Source: Eledone cirrhosa (taxonomy: Eukaryota). From it: a stretch of DNA of 64,000 bases. Both the position numbers and the translations under genes were made by a program. Shown in pieces: positions 51,340 through 64,000 of the stretch. A model generated the notes under the pieces. The model was not told the origin of the DNA, did no database searches, and saw nothing but the letters and a program-made list of their open reading frames with translations. Within the stretch, counting starts at the first letter, position 1; each line of letters starts with the position of its first letter. The stretch covers positions 7,440,001 through 7,504,000 of the forward strand of contig OZ024740.1 of NCBI GenBank assembly GCA_964016885.1, in the 5' to 3' direction.

Positions 51340-54300
51340 TATTGGTATGTCACTTTTGATTGGTATATCAATTTCTATTGGTATGTCAGTTTCGATTACT
51401 ATGTCAGTTTCTATTGGTATATCAGTTTCGATTGGTATGTCAGTTTCTATTGGTATGTCAGTTTGGATTTTTATATCAATTACTATTGGTATCTCAGTTT
51501 TGACTGGTATGTCAGTTTCTATTAGTATATGTGTTTCGATTGGTATGTCAGTTTCGATTAGTATATCAGTTTCTATTGGACTGTCAGTTTCTATTGATAT
51601 ATCAGTTTCGTTTGGTATATCAGTTTCTAATGGTATGTCAGTTTTGATTAGTATATCAGTTTCTATTGGTATGTCAGTTTCGATTGGTATGTCAGTTTCT
51701 ATTGGTATATCAGTTTCGATTGGTATATTAGTTTCGATCGGTATATCAGTTTCGATTGGTATGTCAGTTTCTATTGGTATATCAGTTTCTATTGGTATGT
51801 CAGTTTCGATTGGTACGTCAGTTTGGATTGGTATGTCAATTTCAATTGGTATATCAGTTTCGGTTAGTATGTCAGTTTCTAATGGTATATCAGTTTCGAT
51901 TGGTATATCTGTTTCGATTGGTATGTCAGTTTCGATTGGTATATCAGTTTCGATTGGTATGTCAGTTTCGATTAGTATATCAGTTACTATTGATATGTGC
52001 GTTTCTATTGGTATATCAGTTTCGATTGGTATATCAGTTTCGATTAGTATGTCAGTTTCTATTGGCATGTTAGATTCGATTAGTATACCAGTTTCTATTG
52101 GTATGTCAGTTTCGATTGGTATGTCAGTTTAGATTTTTATATCAGTTTCTATTGGTATGACAGTTTCGATTGGTATATAAGTTTCGATTGGTATGTCAGT
52201 TTCGATTGGTATGTCAGTTTCGATTGGTATGTCAGTTTCGATTGGTATGTCAATTTCGATTGGTATATCAGTTTCGATTGGTATATCAGTTTCGATTGGT
52301 ATGTCAATTTCGATTGGTATATAAGTTTCGATTGGTATCTCAGTTTTGATTAGTATATCAGTTTCTATTGGTATGTCGGTTTCTATTGGTATATCAGTTT
52401 CGATTCTAATATCAGTTTCGATTAGTATGTCAGTTTCTATTGGTATGTCAGTTTCGATTGGTATATCAGTTTCGATTGGTATATCAGTTTCTATTGGTAT
52501 ATCAGTTTCTATTGGTATGTCAGTTTTGATTGGTATAGCAGTTTCTATTGGTATGTCAGTTTCGATTGGTATGTCAGTTTCTATTGGTATATCAGTTTCG
52601 ATTGGTATGTCAGTTTCTATTGGTATGTCAGTTTCGATTATTATATCAGTTAATATTGGTATGTCAGTTTTGATTGGTATGTCAGTTTCTATTGGTATAT
52701 CTGTTTCGATTGGTATGTCAGTTTCGATTAGTATATCAGTTTCTATAGGTATGTCAGTTTCTATTAGTATATCAGTTTCGATCGGTATATCAGTTTCGAT
52801 TGGTATGTCAGTTTCGATTGGTATAACAGTTTCTATTGGTATATCAGTTTAGATTGATATATCAGTTTCGATTAGTATGTCAGTTTCTATTGGTATATCA
52901 GTTTCGATTGGTATATCAGTTTCGATTGTTATATCAGTTTTGAATTGTATATCAGTTTGTATATGTATGTCAGTTTCTATTAGTATATCAGTTTCGATCG
53001 GTATATCAGGTTCGATTGGTATGTCAGTTTCGATTGGTATATCAGTTTCTATTGGTATATCAGTTTAGATTGATATATCAGTTTCGATTAGTATGTCAGT
53101 TTCTATTGGTATATAAATTTTGATTGTTATATCAGTTTCGATTGGTATATCAGTTTCGATTGGTATGTCAGTTGCTATTGGGATACCACTTTCGATTGGT
53201 ATATCTGTTTCGATTGGTATGTCAGTTTCTATTGTTATATCAGATTCGATTAGTATGTCAGTTTCGATTAGTATATCAGTTTCTATTGCTATGTCAGTTT
53301 CGATTGGTATATCAGTTTCTATTGGTATATCAGTTTAGATTGTTATGTCAGTTTCTATTGGTATATCAGTTTCGATTGGTATGTTAGTTTCTATTAGTAT
53401 GTCAGTTTCGATTAGTATATCAGTTTCTATTGGTTTGTCAGTTTCGATTGGTATATCAGTTTCTATTGGTATATCAGTTTCTATTGGTATGTCAATTTCG
53501 AATGGTATATCAGTTTCGATTAGTATGTCAGTTTCTATTGGTATATCAGTTTCGATGGGTATATCTGTTTCGATTGGTACGTCAGTTTCGATTGGTATGT
53601 CAGTTTCGATTAGTATATCAGTTTCTATTGGTGTGTCAGTTTCTATTGGTATATCAGTTTCGATTGGTATATCAGTTTCGATTAGTATGTCAGTTTCTAT
53701 TGGTAGGTCAGTTTCGATTAGTATATCAGTTTGGATTGGTATGTCAATTTCAATTGGTAAATCAGTTTAGATTAGTATGTCAGTTTCGATTGGTATATCA
53801 GTTTCGATTGGTATGTCAGTTTCGATTAGTATATCAGTTTCTATTGGTATGTGAGTTTCTATTGGTATATCAGTTTCGATTGGTATATCAGTTTCCATTG
53901 GTATATCAGTTTCGATTGGTATATCAGTTTCTATTGGTATATCAGTTTCTATTTGTATGACAGTTTCGATTGCTATATCAGTTTCGATTGGTATGTCAGT
54001 TTGGATAGGTATGTCAGTTTCGATTGGTATGTCTGTTTCGATTGGTATGTCAATTTCGATTGGTATATCAGTTTCGATTGGTATATCAGTTTCGATTGGT
54101 ATGTCAGTTTGGATTGGTATGTCAGTTTCGATTGGTAAGTCAGTTTCGATTGGTAAGTCAGTTTCGATTGGTATGTCAATTTCGATTGGTATATCAGTTT
54201 CGATTGGTATATCAGTTTCTATTGGTATGTCAGATTCTATTAGTATATCAGTTTCGATTAGTATGTCAGTTCCGATTGGTATATCAGCTTTGATTAGTAT

Positions 54301-57300
54301 ATTAGTTTCTATTGGTATGTCGGTTTCTATTGGTATATCAGTTTCGATTGGTATATCAGTTTTGATTAGTATGTCAGTTTCTATTGGTATGTCAGTTTCG
54401 ATTAGTATATCAGTTTCTATTGATATGTCAGTTTCGATTGGTATGTCAGATTCTATTAGTATATCAGTTTCGATTAGTATGTCAGTTTCGATTGGTATAT
54501 CAGTTTCGATTGGTATATCAGTTTCTATTGGTATATCAGTTTCTATTGGTATGTCAGTTTTGATTGGTATAGCAGTTTCTATTGGTATGTCAGTTTCGAT
54601 TGGTATGTCAGTTTCTATTGGTATATCAGTTTCGATTGGTATGTCAGTTTCTATTGGTATGTCAGTTTCGATTATTATATCAGTTACTATTGGTATGTCA
54701 GTTTTGATTGGTATGTCAGTTTCTATTGGTATATCTGTTTCGATTGGTATGTCTGTTTCGATTAGTATATCAGTTTCAAGAGGTATGTCAGTTTCTATTA
54801 TTATATCAGTTTCGATCGGTATATCAGTTTCGTTTGGTATGTCAGTTTAGATTGGTATATCAGTTTCTATTGGTATATCAGTTTCGATTGTTATATCAGT
54901 TTCGAATTGTATATCAGTTTCTATATGTATGTCAGTTTCTATTAGTATATCAGTTTCGATCGGTATATCAGTTTCGATTGGTATGTCAGTTTCGATTGGT
55001 ATATCAGTTTCTATTGATATATCAGTTTAGATTGTTATATCAGTTTCGATTGGTATGTCAGTTTCGATTGGTATGTCAGTTTCGATTGGTATGTCAATTT
55101 CGATTGGTATATCAGTTTCGATTAGTATGTCAGTTACTATTGGTATATCACTTTCGATTGGTATATCTGTTTCGATTGGTATGTCAGTTTCTGTTGTTAT
55201 ATCAGATTCGATTAGTATGTCAGTTTCGATTAGTATATCAGTTTCTATTGCTATGTCAGTTTCGATTGGTATATCAGTTTCTATTGGTATATCAGTTTCT
55301 ATGGGTATGTCAGTTTTTATTGGTATATCAGTTTCTATTGGTCTGTCAGTTTCGATTGTTATGTCAGTTTCTATAGGTATGTCAGTTTCGATTAGTATAT
55401 CAGTTTCTATCGGTTTGTCAGTTTCGATTGGTATATCAGTTTCTATTGGTATATCAGTTTCTATTGGTATGTCAATTTCGAATGGTATATCAGTTTCGAT
55501 TAGTATGTCAGTTTCTATTGGTATATCAGTTTCGATTGGTATATCTGTTTCGATTGGTATGTCAGTTTCGATTGGTATATCAGTTTCGATTGGTACATCA
55601 GTTTCAATTAGTATGTCAGTTTCTATTGGTATGTCTGTTTCGATTAGTATAACAGTTTAGATTGGTATATCAGTTTCTATTGGTATGACAGTTTCGATTG
55701 GTATATCAGTTTTGATTAGTATGTCAGTTTCTATTGGAATGTCAGTTTCGATTAGTATATCAGTTTCTATTGATATGTCAGTTTCGATTGGTATGTCAGA
55801 TTCTATTAGTATATCAGTTTCGATTAGTATGTCAATTTCAATTGGTAAATCAGTTTAGATTAGTATGTCAGTTTCGATTGGTATATCAGTTTCTATTGGT
55901 ATGTGAGTTTCTATTGGTATATCAGTTTCGATTGGTACATCAGTTTCGATTAGTATGTCAGTTTCTATTGGTATGTCAGTTTCGATTAGTATAACAGTTT
56001 AGATTGGTATATCAGTTTCTATTGGTATGACAGTTTCGATTGGTATATCAGTTTCCATTGGGATATCAGTTTCGATTGGTATATCAGTTTCTATTGGTAT
56101 GACAGTTTCGATTGCTATATCAGTTTCGATTGGTATGTCAGTTTGGATAGGTATGTCAGTTTCGATTGGTATCTCTATTTCGATTGGTATGTCAATTTCG
56201 ATTGGTATATCAGTTTCGATTGGTATATCAGTTTCGATTGGTATGTCAGTTTGGAGATGTATGTCAGTTTCGATTGGTATGTCAGTTTCGATTGGTAAGT
56301 CAGTTTCGATTGGTATGTCAATTTCGATTGGTATATCAGTTTCGATTGGGATGTCAGTTTCATTTGGTATCTCAGTTTTGATTAGTATATTAGTTTCTAT
56401 TGATATGTCGGTTTCTATTGGTATATCAGTTTCGATTGGTATATCAGTTTCGATTAGTATATCAGTTTGGATTGGTATGTCAATTTCAATTGGTAAATCA
56501 GTTTAGATTAGTATGTCAGTTTCGATTGGTATATCAGTTTCTATTGGTGTGTGAGTTTCTATTGGTATATCAGTTTCGATTGGTACATCAGTTTCGATTA
56601 GTATGTCAGTTTCTATTGTTATGTCAGTTTCGATTAGTATAACAGTTTAGATTGGTATATCAGTTTCTATTGGTATGACAGTTTCGATTGGTATATCAGT
56701 TTCCATTGGGATATCAGTTTCGATTGGTATATCAGTTTCTATTGGTATGACAGTTTCGATTGCTATATCAGTTTCGATTGGTATGTCAGTTTGGATAGGT
56801 ATGTCAGTTTCGATTGGTATGTCTATTTCGATTGGTATGTCAATTTCGATTGGTATATCAGTTTCGATTGGTATATCAGTTTCGATTGGTATGTCAGTTT
56901 GGAGATGTATGTCAGTTTCGATTGGTATGTCAGTTTCGATTGGTAAGTCAGTTTCGATTGGTATGTCAATTTCGATTGGTATATCAGTTTCGATTGGGAT
57001 GTCAGTTTCATATGGTATCTCAGTTTTGATTAGTATATTAGTTTCTATTGATATGTCGGTTTCTATTGGTATATCAGTTTCGATTGGTATATCAGTTTTA
57101 TATAGTATGTCAGTTTCTATTGGAATGTCAGTTTCGATTAGTATATCAGTTTCTATTGATATGTCAGTTTCGATTGGTATGTCAGATTCTATTAGTATAT
57201 CAGTTTCGATTAGTATGTCAATTTCAATTGGTAAATCAGTTTAGATTAGTATGTCAGTTTCGATTGGTATATCAGTTTCTATTGGTATGTGAGTTTCTAT

Positions 57301-60300
57301 TGGTATATCAGTTTCGATTGGTACATCAGTTTCGATTAGTATGTCAGTTTCTATTGGTATGTCAGTTTCGATTAGTATAACAGTTTAGATTGGTATATCA
57401 GTTTCTATTGGTATGACAGTTTCGATTGGTATATCAGTTTCCATTGGGATATCAGTTTCGATTGGTATATCAGTTTCTATTGGTATGACAGTTTCGATTG
57501 CTATGTCAGTTTCGATTGGTATGTCAGTTTGGATAGGTATGTCAGTTTCGATTGGTATGTCTATTTCGATTGGTATGTCAATTTCGATTGGTATATCAGT
57601 TTCGATTGGTATATCAGTTTCGATTGGTATGTCAGTTTGGAGATGTATGTCAGTTTCGATTGGTATGTCAGTTTCAATTGGTAAGTCAGTTTCGATTGGT
57701 ATGTCAATTTCGATTAGTATATCAGTTTCGATTGGGATGTCAGTTTCATTTGGTATCTCAGTTTTGATTAGTATATTAGTTTCTATTGATATGTCGGTTT
57801 CTATTGGTATATCAGTTTCGATTGGTATATCAGTTTTGATTAGTATGTCAGTTTCTATTGGAATGTCAGTTTCGATTAGTATATCAGTTTCTATTGATAT
57901 GTCAGTTTTGATTCGTATGTCAGATTCTATTAGTATATCAGTTTCGATTAGTATGTCAATTTCGAATGGTATATCAGTTTCGATTAGTATGTCAGTTTCT
58001 ATTGGTATATCAGTTTCGATTGGTATATCTGTTTCGATTGGTATGTCAGTTTCGATTGGTATGTCAGTTTCGATTAGTATATCAGTTTCTATTGGTATGT
58101 CAGTTTCTATTGGTATATCAGTTTCGATTGGCCTATCAGTTTCGATTAGTATGTCAGTTTCTATTGGTATGTCAGTTTCGATTAGTATATCAGTTTGGAT
58201 TGGTATGTCAATTTCAATTGGTATATCAGTTTAGATTAGTATGTCAGTTTCGATTGGTATATCAGTTTCGATTTGGTATGTCAGTTTCGATTAGTATATC
58301 AGTTTCTATTGGTATGTGAGTTTCTATTGATATATCAGTTTCGATTGGTATATCAGTTTCGATTAGTATGTCAGTTTCTATTGGTATGTCAGTTTCGATT
58401 AGTATAACAGTTTAGATTGGTATATCAGTTTCTATTGGTATGACAGTTTCGATTGGTATATCAGTTTCAATTGGTATATCAGTTTCGATTGGTATATCAG
58501 TTTCGATTGGTATGTCAGTTTGGAGATGTATGTCAGTTTCGATTGGTATGTCAGTTTCGATTGGTAAGTCAGTTTCGATTGGTATGTCAATTTCGATTGG
58601 TATATCAGTTTTGATTGGGATGTCAGTTTCATTTGTGTATCTCAGTTTGATTAGTATATTAGTTTCCATTGATATGTCGGTTTCTATTGGTATATCAGTT
58701 TCGATTGGTATATCAGTTTTGATTAGTATGTCAGTTTCTATTGGAATGTCAGTTTCGATTAGTATATCAGTTTCTATTGATATGTCAGTTTCGATTGGTA
58801 TGTCAGATTCTATTAGTATATCAGTTTCGATTAGTATGTCAATTTCGAATGGTATATCAGTTTCGATTAGTATGTCAGTTTCTATTGGTATATCAGTTTC
58901 GATTGGTATATCAGTTTCGATTAGTATGTCAGTTTCTATTGGTATGTCAGTTTCGATTAGTATATCAGTTTGGATTGGTATGTCAATTTCAATTGGTATA
59001 TCAGTTTAGATTAGTATGTCAGTTTCGATTGGTATATCAGTTTCGATTTGGTATGTCAGTTTCGATTAGTATATCAGTTTGTATTGGTATGTGAGTTTCT
59101 ATTGGTATATAAGTTTCGATTGGTATATCAGTTTCGATTAGTATGTCAGTTTCTATTGGTATGTCAGTTTCGATTAGTATAACAGTTTAGATTGGTATAT
59201 CAGTTTCTATTGTTATGACAGTTTCGATTGGTATATCAGTTTCAATTGGTATATCAGTTTCGATTGGTATATCAGTTTCTATTGGTATGACAGTTTCGAT
59301 TGCTATATCAGTTTCGATTGGTATGTCAGTTTGGATAGGTATGTCAGTTTCGATTGGTATGTCAGTTTCGATTGGTATGTCAATTTCGATTGGTATATCA
59401 GTTTCGATTGGTATATCAGTTTCGATTGGTATGTCAGTTTGTATAGGTATGTCAGTTTCGATTGGTAAGTCAGTTTCGATTGGTATGTCAATTTCGATTG
59501 GTATATCAGTTTCGATTGGTATGTCAGTTTCATTTGGTATATCAGTTTCGATTGGTATCTCAGTTTTGATTAGTATATTAGTTTCTATTGGTATGTCGGT
59601 TTCTATTGGTATATCAGTTTCGATTGGTATATCAGTTTTGATTAGTATGTCAGTTTCTATTGGTATGTCAGTTTCGATTAGTATATCAGTTTCTATTGAT
59701 ATGTCAGTTTCGATTGGTATGTCAGATTCTATTAGTATATCAGTTTCGATTGGTATATCAGTTTCGATTGGTATGTCAGTTTCGATTGGTATATCAGTTT
59801 CTATTGGTATGTCAGTTTTGATTGGTATAGCAGTTTCTATTGGTATGTCATTTTTGATTGGTATGTCAGTTTCTATTGGTATATCAGTTTCGATTGGTAT
59901 GTCAGTTTCTATTGGTATGTCAGTTTCGATTATTATATCAGTTACTATTGGTATGTCAGTTTCGATTGGTATGTCAATTTCAATTAGTATATCAGTTTCT
60001 ATTGGTATGTTAGTTTCTATTGGTATATCAGTTTCGATAGGTATATCAGTTTCGTTTGGTATGTCAGTTTCGATTGGTATATCAGTTTCTATTGCTGTAT
60101 CTGTTTCTATTGGTATGTCAGTGTCAATTGGTATATCAGTTTTGATTAAAATGTCAGTTTCTACTGGCATGTAAGTGTCGATTATTATATCAGGTACTAT
60201 TAGTATGTCAGTTTCGATTGGTATATCAGTTTCGATTGGTATATCAGTTTCGATTTGTATGTCAGTTGCGATTGGTATGTCAATTTCGATTGGTATATCA

Positions 60301-63300
60301 GTTTCTATTTGTATGACAGTTTCGATTGGTATATCAGTTTCGATTGGTATATCAGTTTCGATTTGTATGTCAGTTGCGATTGGTATGTCAATTTCGATTG
60401 GTATATTAGTTTCGATTAGTATGTCAGTTTCTATTGGTATATCAGTATCTATTGGTATGTCAGTTTCGATAGGTATGTCTGTTTCTATTGGTATAACAGT
60501 TTCAATTGGTATGTCAGTTTCTATTGGTATATCAGTTTCGATTGGTATATCAGTTTCGATTAGTATGTCAGTTTCTATTGGTATGTCAGTTTCGATTAGT
60601 ATGTCAGTTTCGATTGGTATATCAGTTTCGATTGGTATATGAGTTTCTATTGGTATATCACTTTCTATTGGTATGTTAGTTTTGATTGGTATAGCAGTTT
60701 CTATTGGTATGTCAGTTTCGATTGGTATGTCAGTTTCTATTGTCATAACAGTTTCGATTGGTATGTCAGTTTCTATTGGTATGTGAGTTTCTATTGGTAT
60801 ATCAGTTTCGATTGTTATATCAGTTTCGATTAGTATGTCAGATTCTATTGGTATGTCAGTTTCGATTAGTATAACAGTTTAGATTGGTATATCAGTTTCT
60901 ATTGGTATGACAGTTTCGATTGGTATATCAGTTTCCATTGGGATATCAGTTTCGATTGGTATATCAGTTTCTATTGGTATGACAGTTTCGATTGCTATAT
61001 CAGTTTCGATTGGTATGTCAGTTTGGATAGGTATGTCAGTTTCGATTGGTATGTCTATTTCGATTGGTATGTCAATTTCGATTGGTATATCAGTTTCGAT
61101 TGGTATATCAGTTTCGATTGGTATGTCAGTTTGGAGATGTATGTCAGTTTCGATTGGTATGTCAGTTTCGATTGGTAAGTCAGTTTCGATTGGTATGTCA
61201 ATTTCGATTGGTATATCAGTTTCGATTGGGATGTCAGTTTCATTTGGTATCTCAGTTTTGATTAGTATATTAGTTTCTATTGATATGTCGGTTTCTATTG
61301 GTATATCAGTTTCGATTGGTATATCAGTTTTGATTAGTATGTCAGTTTCTATTGGTATGTCAGTTTCGATTAGTATATCAGTTTCTATTGATATGTCAGT
61401 TTCGATTGGTATGTCAGTTTCTATTAGTATATCAGTTTCGATTAGTATGTCAGTTTCGATTGGTATATCAGTTTCGATTGGTATATCAGTTTCTATTGGT
61501 ATATCAGTTTCTATTGGTATGTCATCAGTTTTGATTGGTATAGCAGTTTCTATTGGTATATCAGTTTCAATTGGTATATCAGTTTCGATTGGTATATCAG
61601 TTTCTATTGGTATGACCGTTTCGATTGCTATATCAGTTTCGACTGGTATGTCAGTTTCGATAGGTATGTCAGTTTCGATTGGTATGTCAGTTTCGATTGG
61701 TATGTCAATTTCGATTGGTATATCAGTTTCGATTGGTATGTCAGTTTGGATAGGTATGTCAGTTTCGATTGGTAAGTCAGTTTCGATTGGTATGTCAATT
61801 TCGATTGGTATATCAGTTTCGATTGGTATGTCAGTTTCATTTGGTATATCAGTTTCGATTGGTATCTCAGTTTTGATTAGTATATTAGTTTCTATTGGTA
61901 TGTCGGTTTCTATTGGTATATCAGTTTCGATTGGTATATCAGTTTTGATTAGTATGTCAGTTTCTATTGGTATGTCAGTTTCGATTAGTATATCAGTTTC
62001 TATTGATATGTCAGTTTCGATTGGTATGTCAGATTCTATTAGAATATCTGTTTCGATTGGTATATCAGTTTCGATTGGTATGTCAGTTTCGATTGGTATA
62101 TCAGTTTCTATTGGTATGTCAGTTTTGATTGGTATAGCAGTTTCTATTGGTATGTCATTTTCGATTGGTATGTCAGTTTCTATTGGTATATCAGTTTCGA
62201 TTGGTATGTTAGTTTCTATTGGTATGTCAGTTTCGATTATTGTATCAGTTACTATTGGTATGTCAGTTTCGATTGGTATGTCAATTTCAATTAGTATATC
62301 AGTTTCTATTGGTATGTTAGTTTCTATTGGTATATCAGTTTCGATAGGTATATCAGTTTCGTTTGGTATGTCAGTTTCGATTGGTATATCAGTTTCTATT
62401 GCTATATCTGTTCTATTGGTATGTCAGTTTCGATTGGTATGTCAGTTTCTATTGGTATGTCAGTTCCGATTGGTATGTCAGTTTCGATTGGTATATCAGT
62501 TCGATTGATATGACAGTGTCGATTGGTATATCAGTTTTGATTAGTATGTCAGTTTCTACTGGCATGTAAGTTTCGATTATTATATCAGGTACTATTAGTA
62601 TGTCAGTTTCGATTGGTATGTCATTTTCGATTGGTATATCAGTTTCTATTGGTATGACAGTTTCGATTGGTATATCAGTTTCGATTGGTATATCAGTTTC
62701 GATTGGTATGTCAGTTTGGATAGGTATGTCAGTTTCGATTGTTAAGTCAGTTTCGATTGGTATGTCAATTTCGATTAGTATATTAGTTTCTATTGGTATG
62801 TCGGTTTCTATTGGTATATCAGTTTCGATTGGTATATCAGTTTTGATTAGTATGTCAGTTTCTATTGGTATGTCAGTTTCGATTAGTATATCAGTTTCTA
62901 TTGATATGTCAGTTTCGATTGGTATGTCAGATTCTATTAGAATATCAGTTTCGATTGGTATATCAGTTTCGATTGGTATGTCAGTTTCGATTGGTATATC
63001 AGTTTCTATTGGTATGTCATTTTCGATTGGTATGTCAGTTTCTATTGGTATATCAGTTTCGTTTGGTATGTCAGTTTCTATTGGTATGTCAGTTTCAATT
63101 ATTGTATCAGTTACTATTGGTATGTCAGTTTCGATTAGTATAACAGTTTAGATTGGTATATCAGTTTCTATTGGTATGACAGTTTCGATTGGTATATCAG
63201 TTTCAATTGGTATATCAGTTTCGATTGGTATATCAGTTTCTATTGGTATGACAGTTTCGATTGCTATATCAGTTTCGATTGGTATGTCAGTTTGGATAGG

Positions 63301-64000
63301 TATGTCAGTTTCGATTGGTATGTCAGTTTCGATTGGTATGTCAATTTCGATTGGTATATCAGTTTCGATTGGTATATCAGTTTCGATTGGTATGTCAGTT
63401 TGGATAGGTATGTCAGTTTCGATTGGTAAGTCAGTTTCGATTGGTATGTCAATTTCGATTGGTATATCAGTTTCGATTGGTATGTCAGTTTCATTTGGTA
63501 TATCAGTTTCGATTGGTATCTCAGTTTTGATTAGTATATTAGTTTCTATTGGTATGTCGGTTTCTATTGGTATATCAGTTTCGATTGGTATATCAGTTTC
63601 GATTAGTATGTCAGTTTCTATTGGTATGTCAGTTTCGATTAGTATATCAGTTTCTATTGATATGTCAGTTTCGATTGGTATGTCAGATTCTATTAATATA
63701 TCAGTTTCGATTGGTATATCAGTTTCGATTGGTATGTCAGTTTCGATTGGTATATCAGTTTCTATTGGTATGTCAGTTTTGATTGGTATAGCAGTTTCTA
63801 TTGGTATGTCATTTTCGATTGGTATGTCAGTTTCTATTGGTATATCAGTTTCGATTGGTATGTCAGTTTCTATTGGTATGTCAGTTTCGATTATTATATC
63901 AGTTACTATTGGTATGTCAGTTTCGATTGGTATGTCAATTTCAATTAGTACATCAGTTTCTATTGGTATGTTAGTTTCTATTGGTATATCAGTTTCGATA

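Larger units (their letters stand above)
3248..64000 (+). repeat. 18-bp tandem satellite/minisatellite array, consensus TCAGTTTC(G/T)ATTGGTAT(G/A), about 3,300 monomers, runs off the right edge
   Basis: Continuous 18-bp periodicity in one orientation with point-variant monomers and rare small indels. Interrupted only by three short retroelement copies. Confidence 0.98.

Noticed and set aside
3218-63782. Hundreds of ORFs such as (MSVSIG)n, (IETDIP)n, (QFRLVC)n, (SFDWYV)n and (YQSKLT)n, up to 699 aa
   Set aside because: The 18-bp monomer is a multiple of 3 and its consensus is stop-free in five of six frames. The ORFs overlap in all frames, are broken by scattered stops, frameshifts and retro-insertions, and have no unique domains.
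3248-64000. CRISPR array or telomeric repeat interpretation
   Set aside because: There are no unique spacers or cas genes. The monomer lacks a canonical telomere motif such as TTAGGG or TTAGG, and chromosome position cannot be judged from the window.

Overview
Eukaryotic (probably invertebrate animal) repetitive DNA with no host genes. Positions 1-3247 are the 3' ~3.2 kb of an RTE-clade non-LTR retrotransposon (LINE). Its uninterrupted ORF runs in from the left edge and encodes an APE endonuclease plus a reverse transcriptase with a C4HC3 PHD-type finger inserted inside the RT region. A structured 3' UTR and a (GAT)n tail follow. Positions 3248-64000 are a single-orientation array of roughly 3,300 copies of an 18-bp satellite (consensus TCAGTTTC(G/T)ATTGGTAT(G/A)) with nested higher-order duplications. 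The array is interrupted by three short retrocopies: two 5'-truncated, near-identical copies of the LINE 3' end (8910-9233, 44013-44132) and one diverged sister-family copy (15693-15954). All four elements have the same orientation and join the satellite at the same phase of the monomer (GGTAT^NTCAGTTT). Two elements of different families sit at the same rare higher-order-repeat position. This suggests a satellite-targeting RTE retrotransposon system, which is an inference from only four junctions. The many other ORFs in the track are translation artefacts of the 18-bp repeat.
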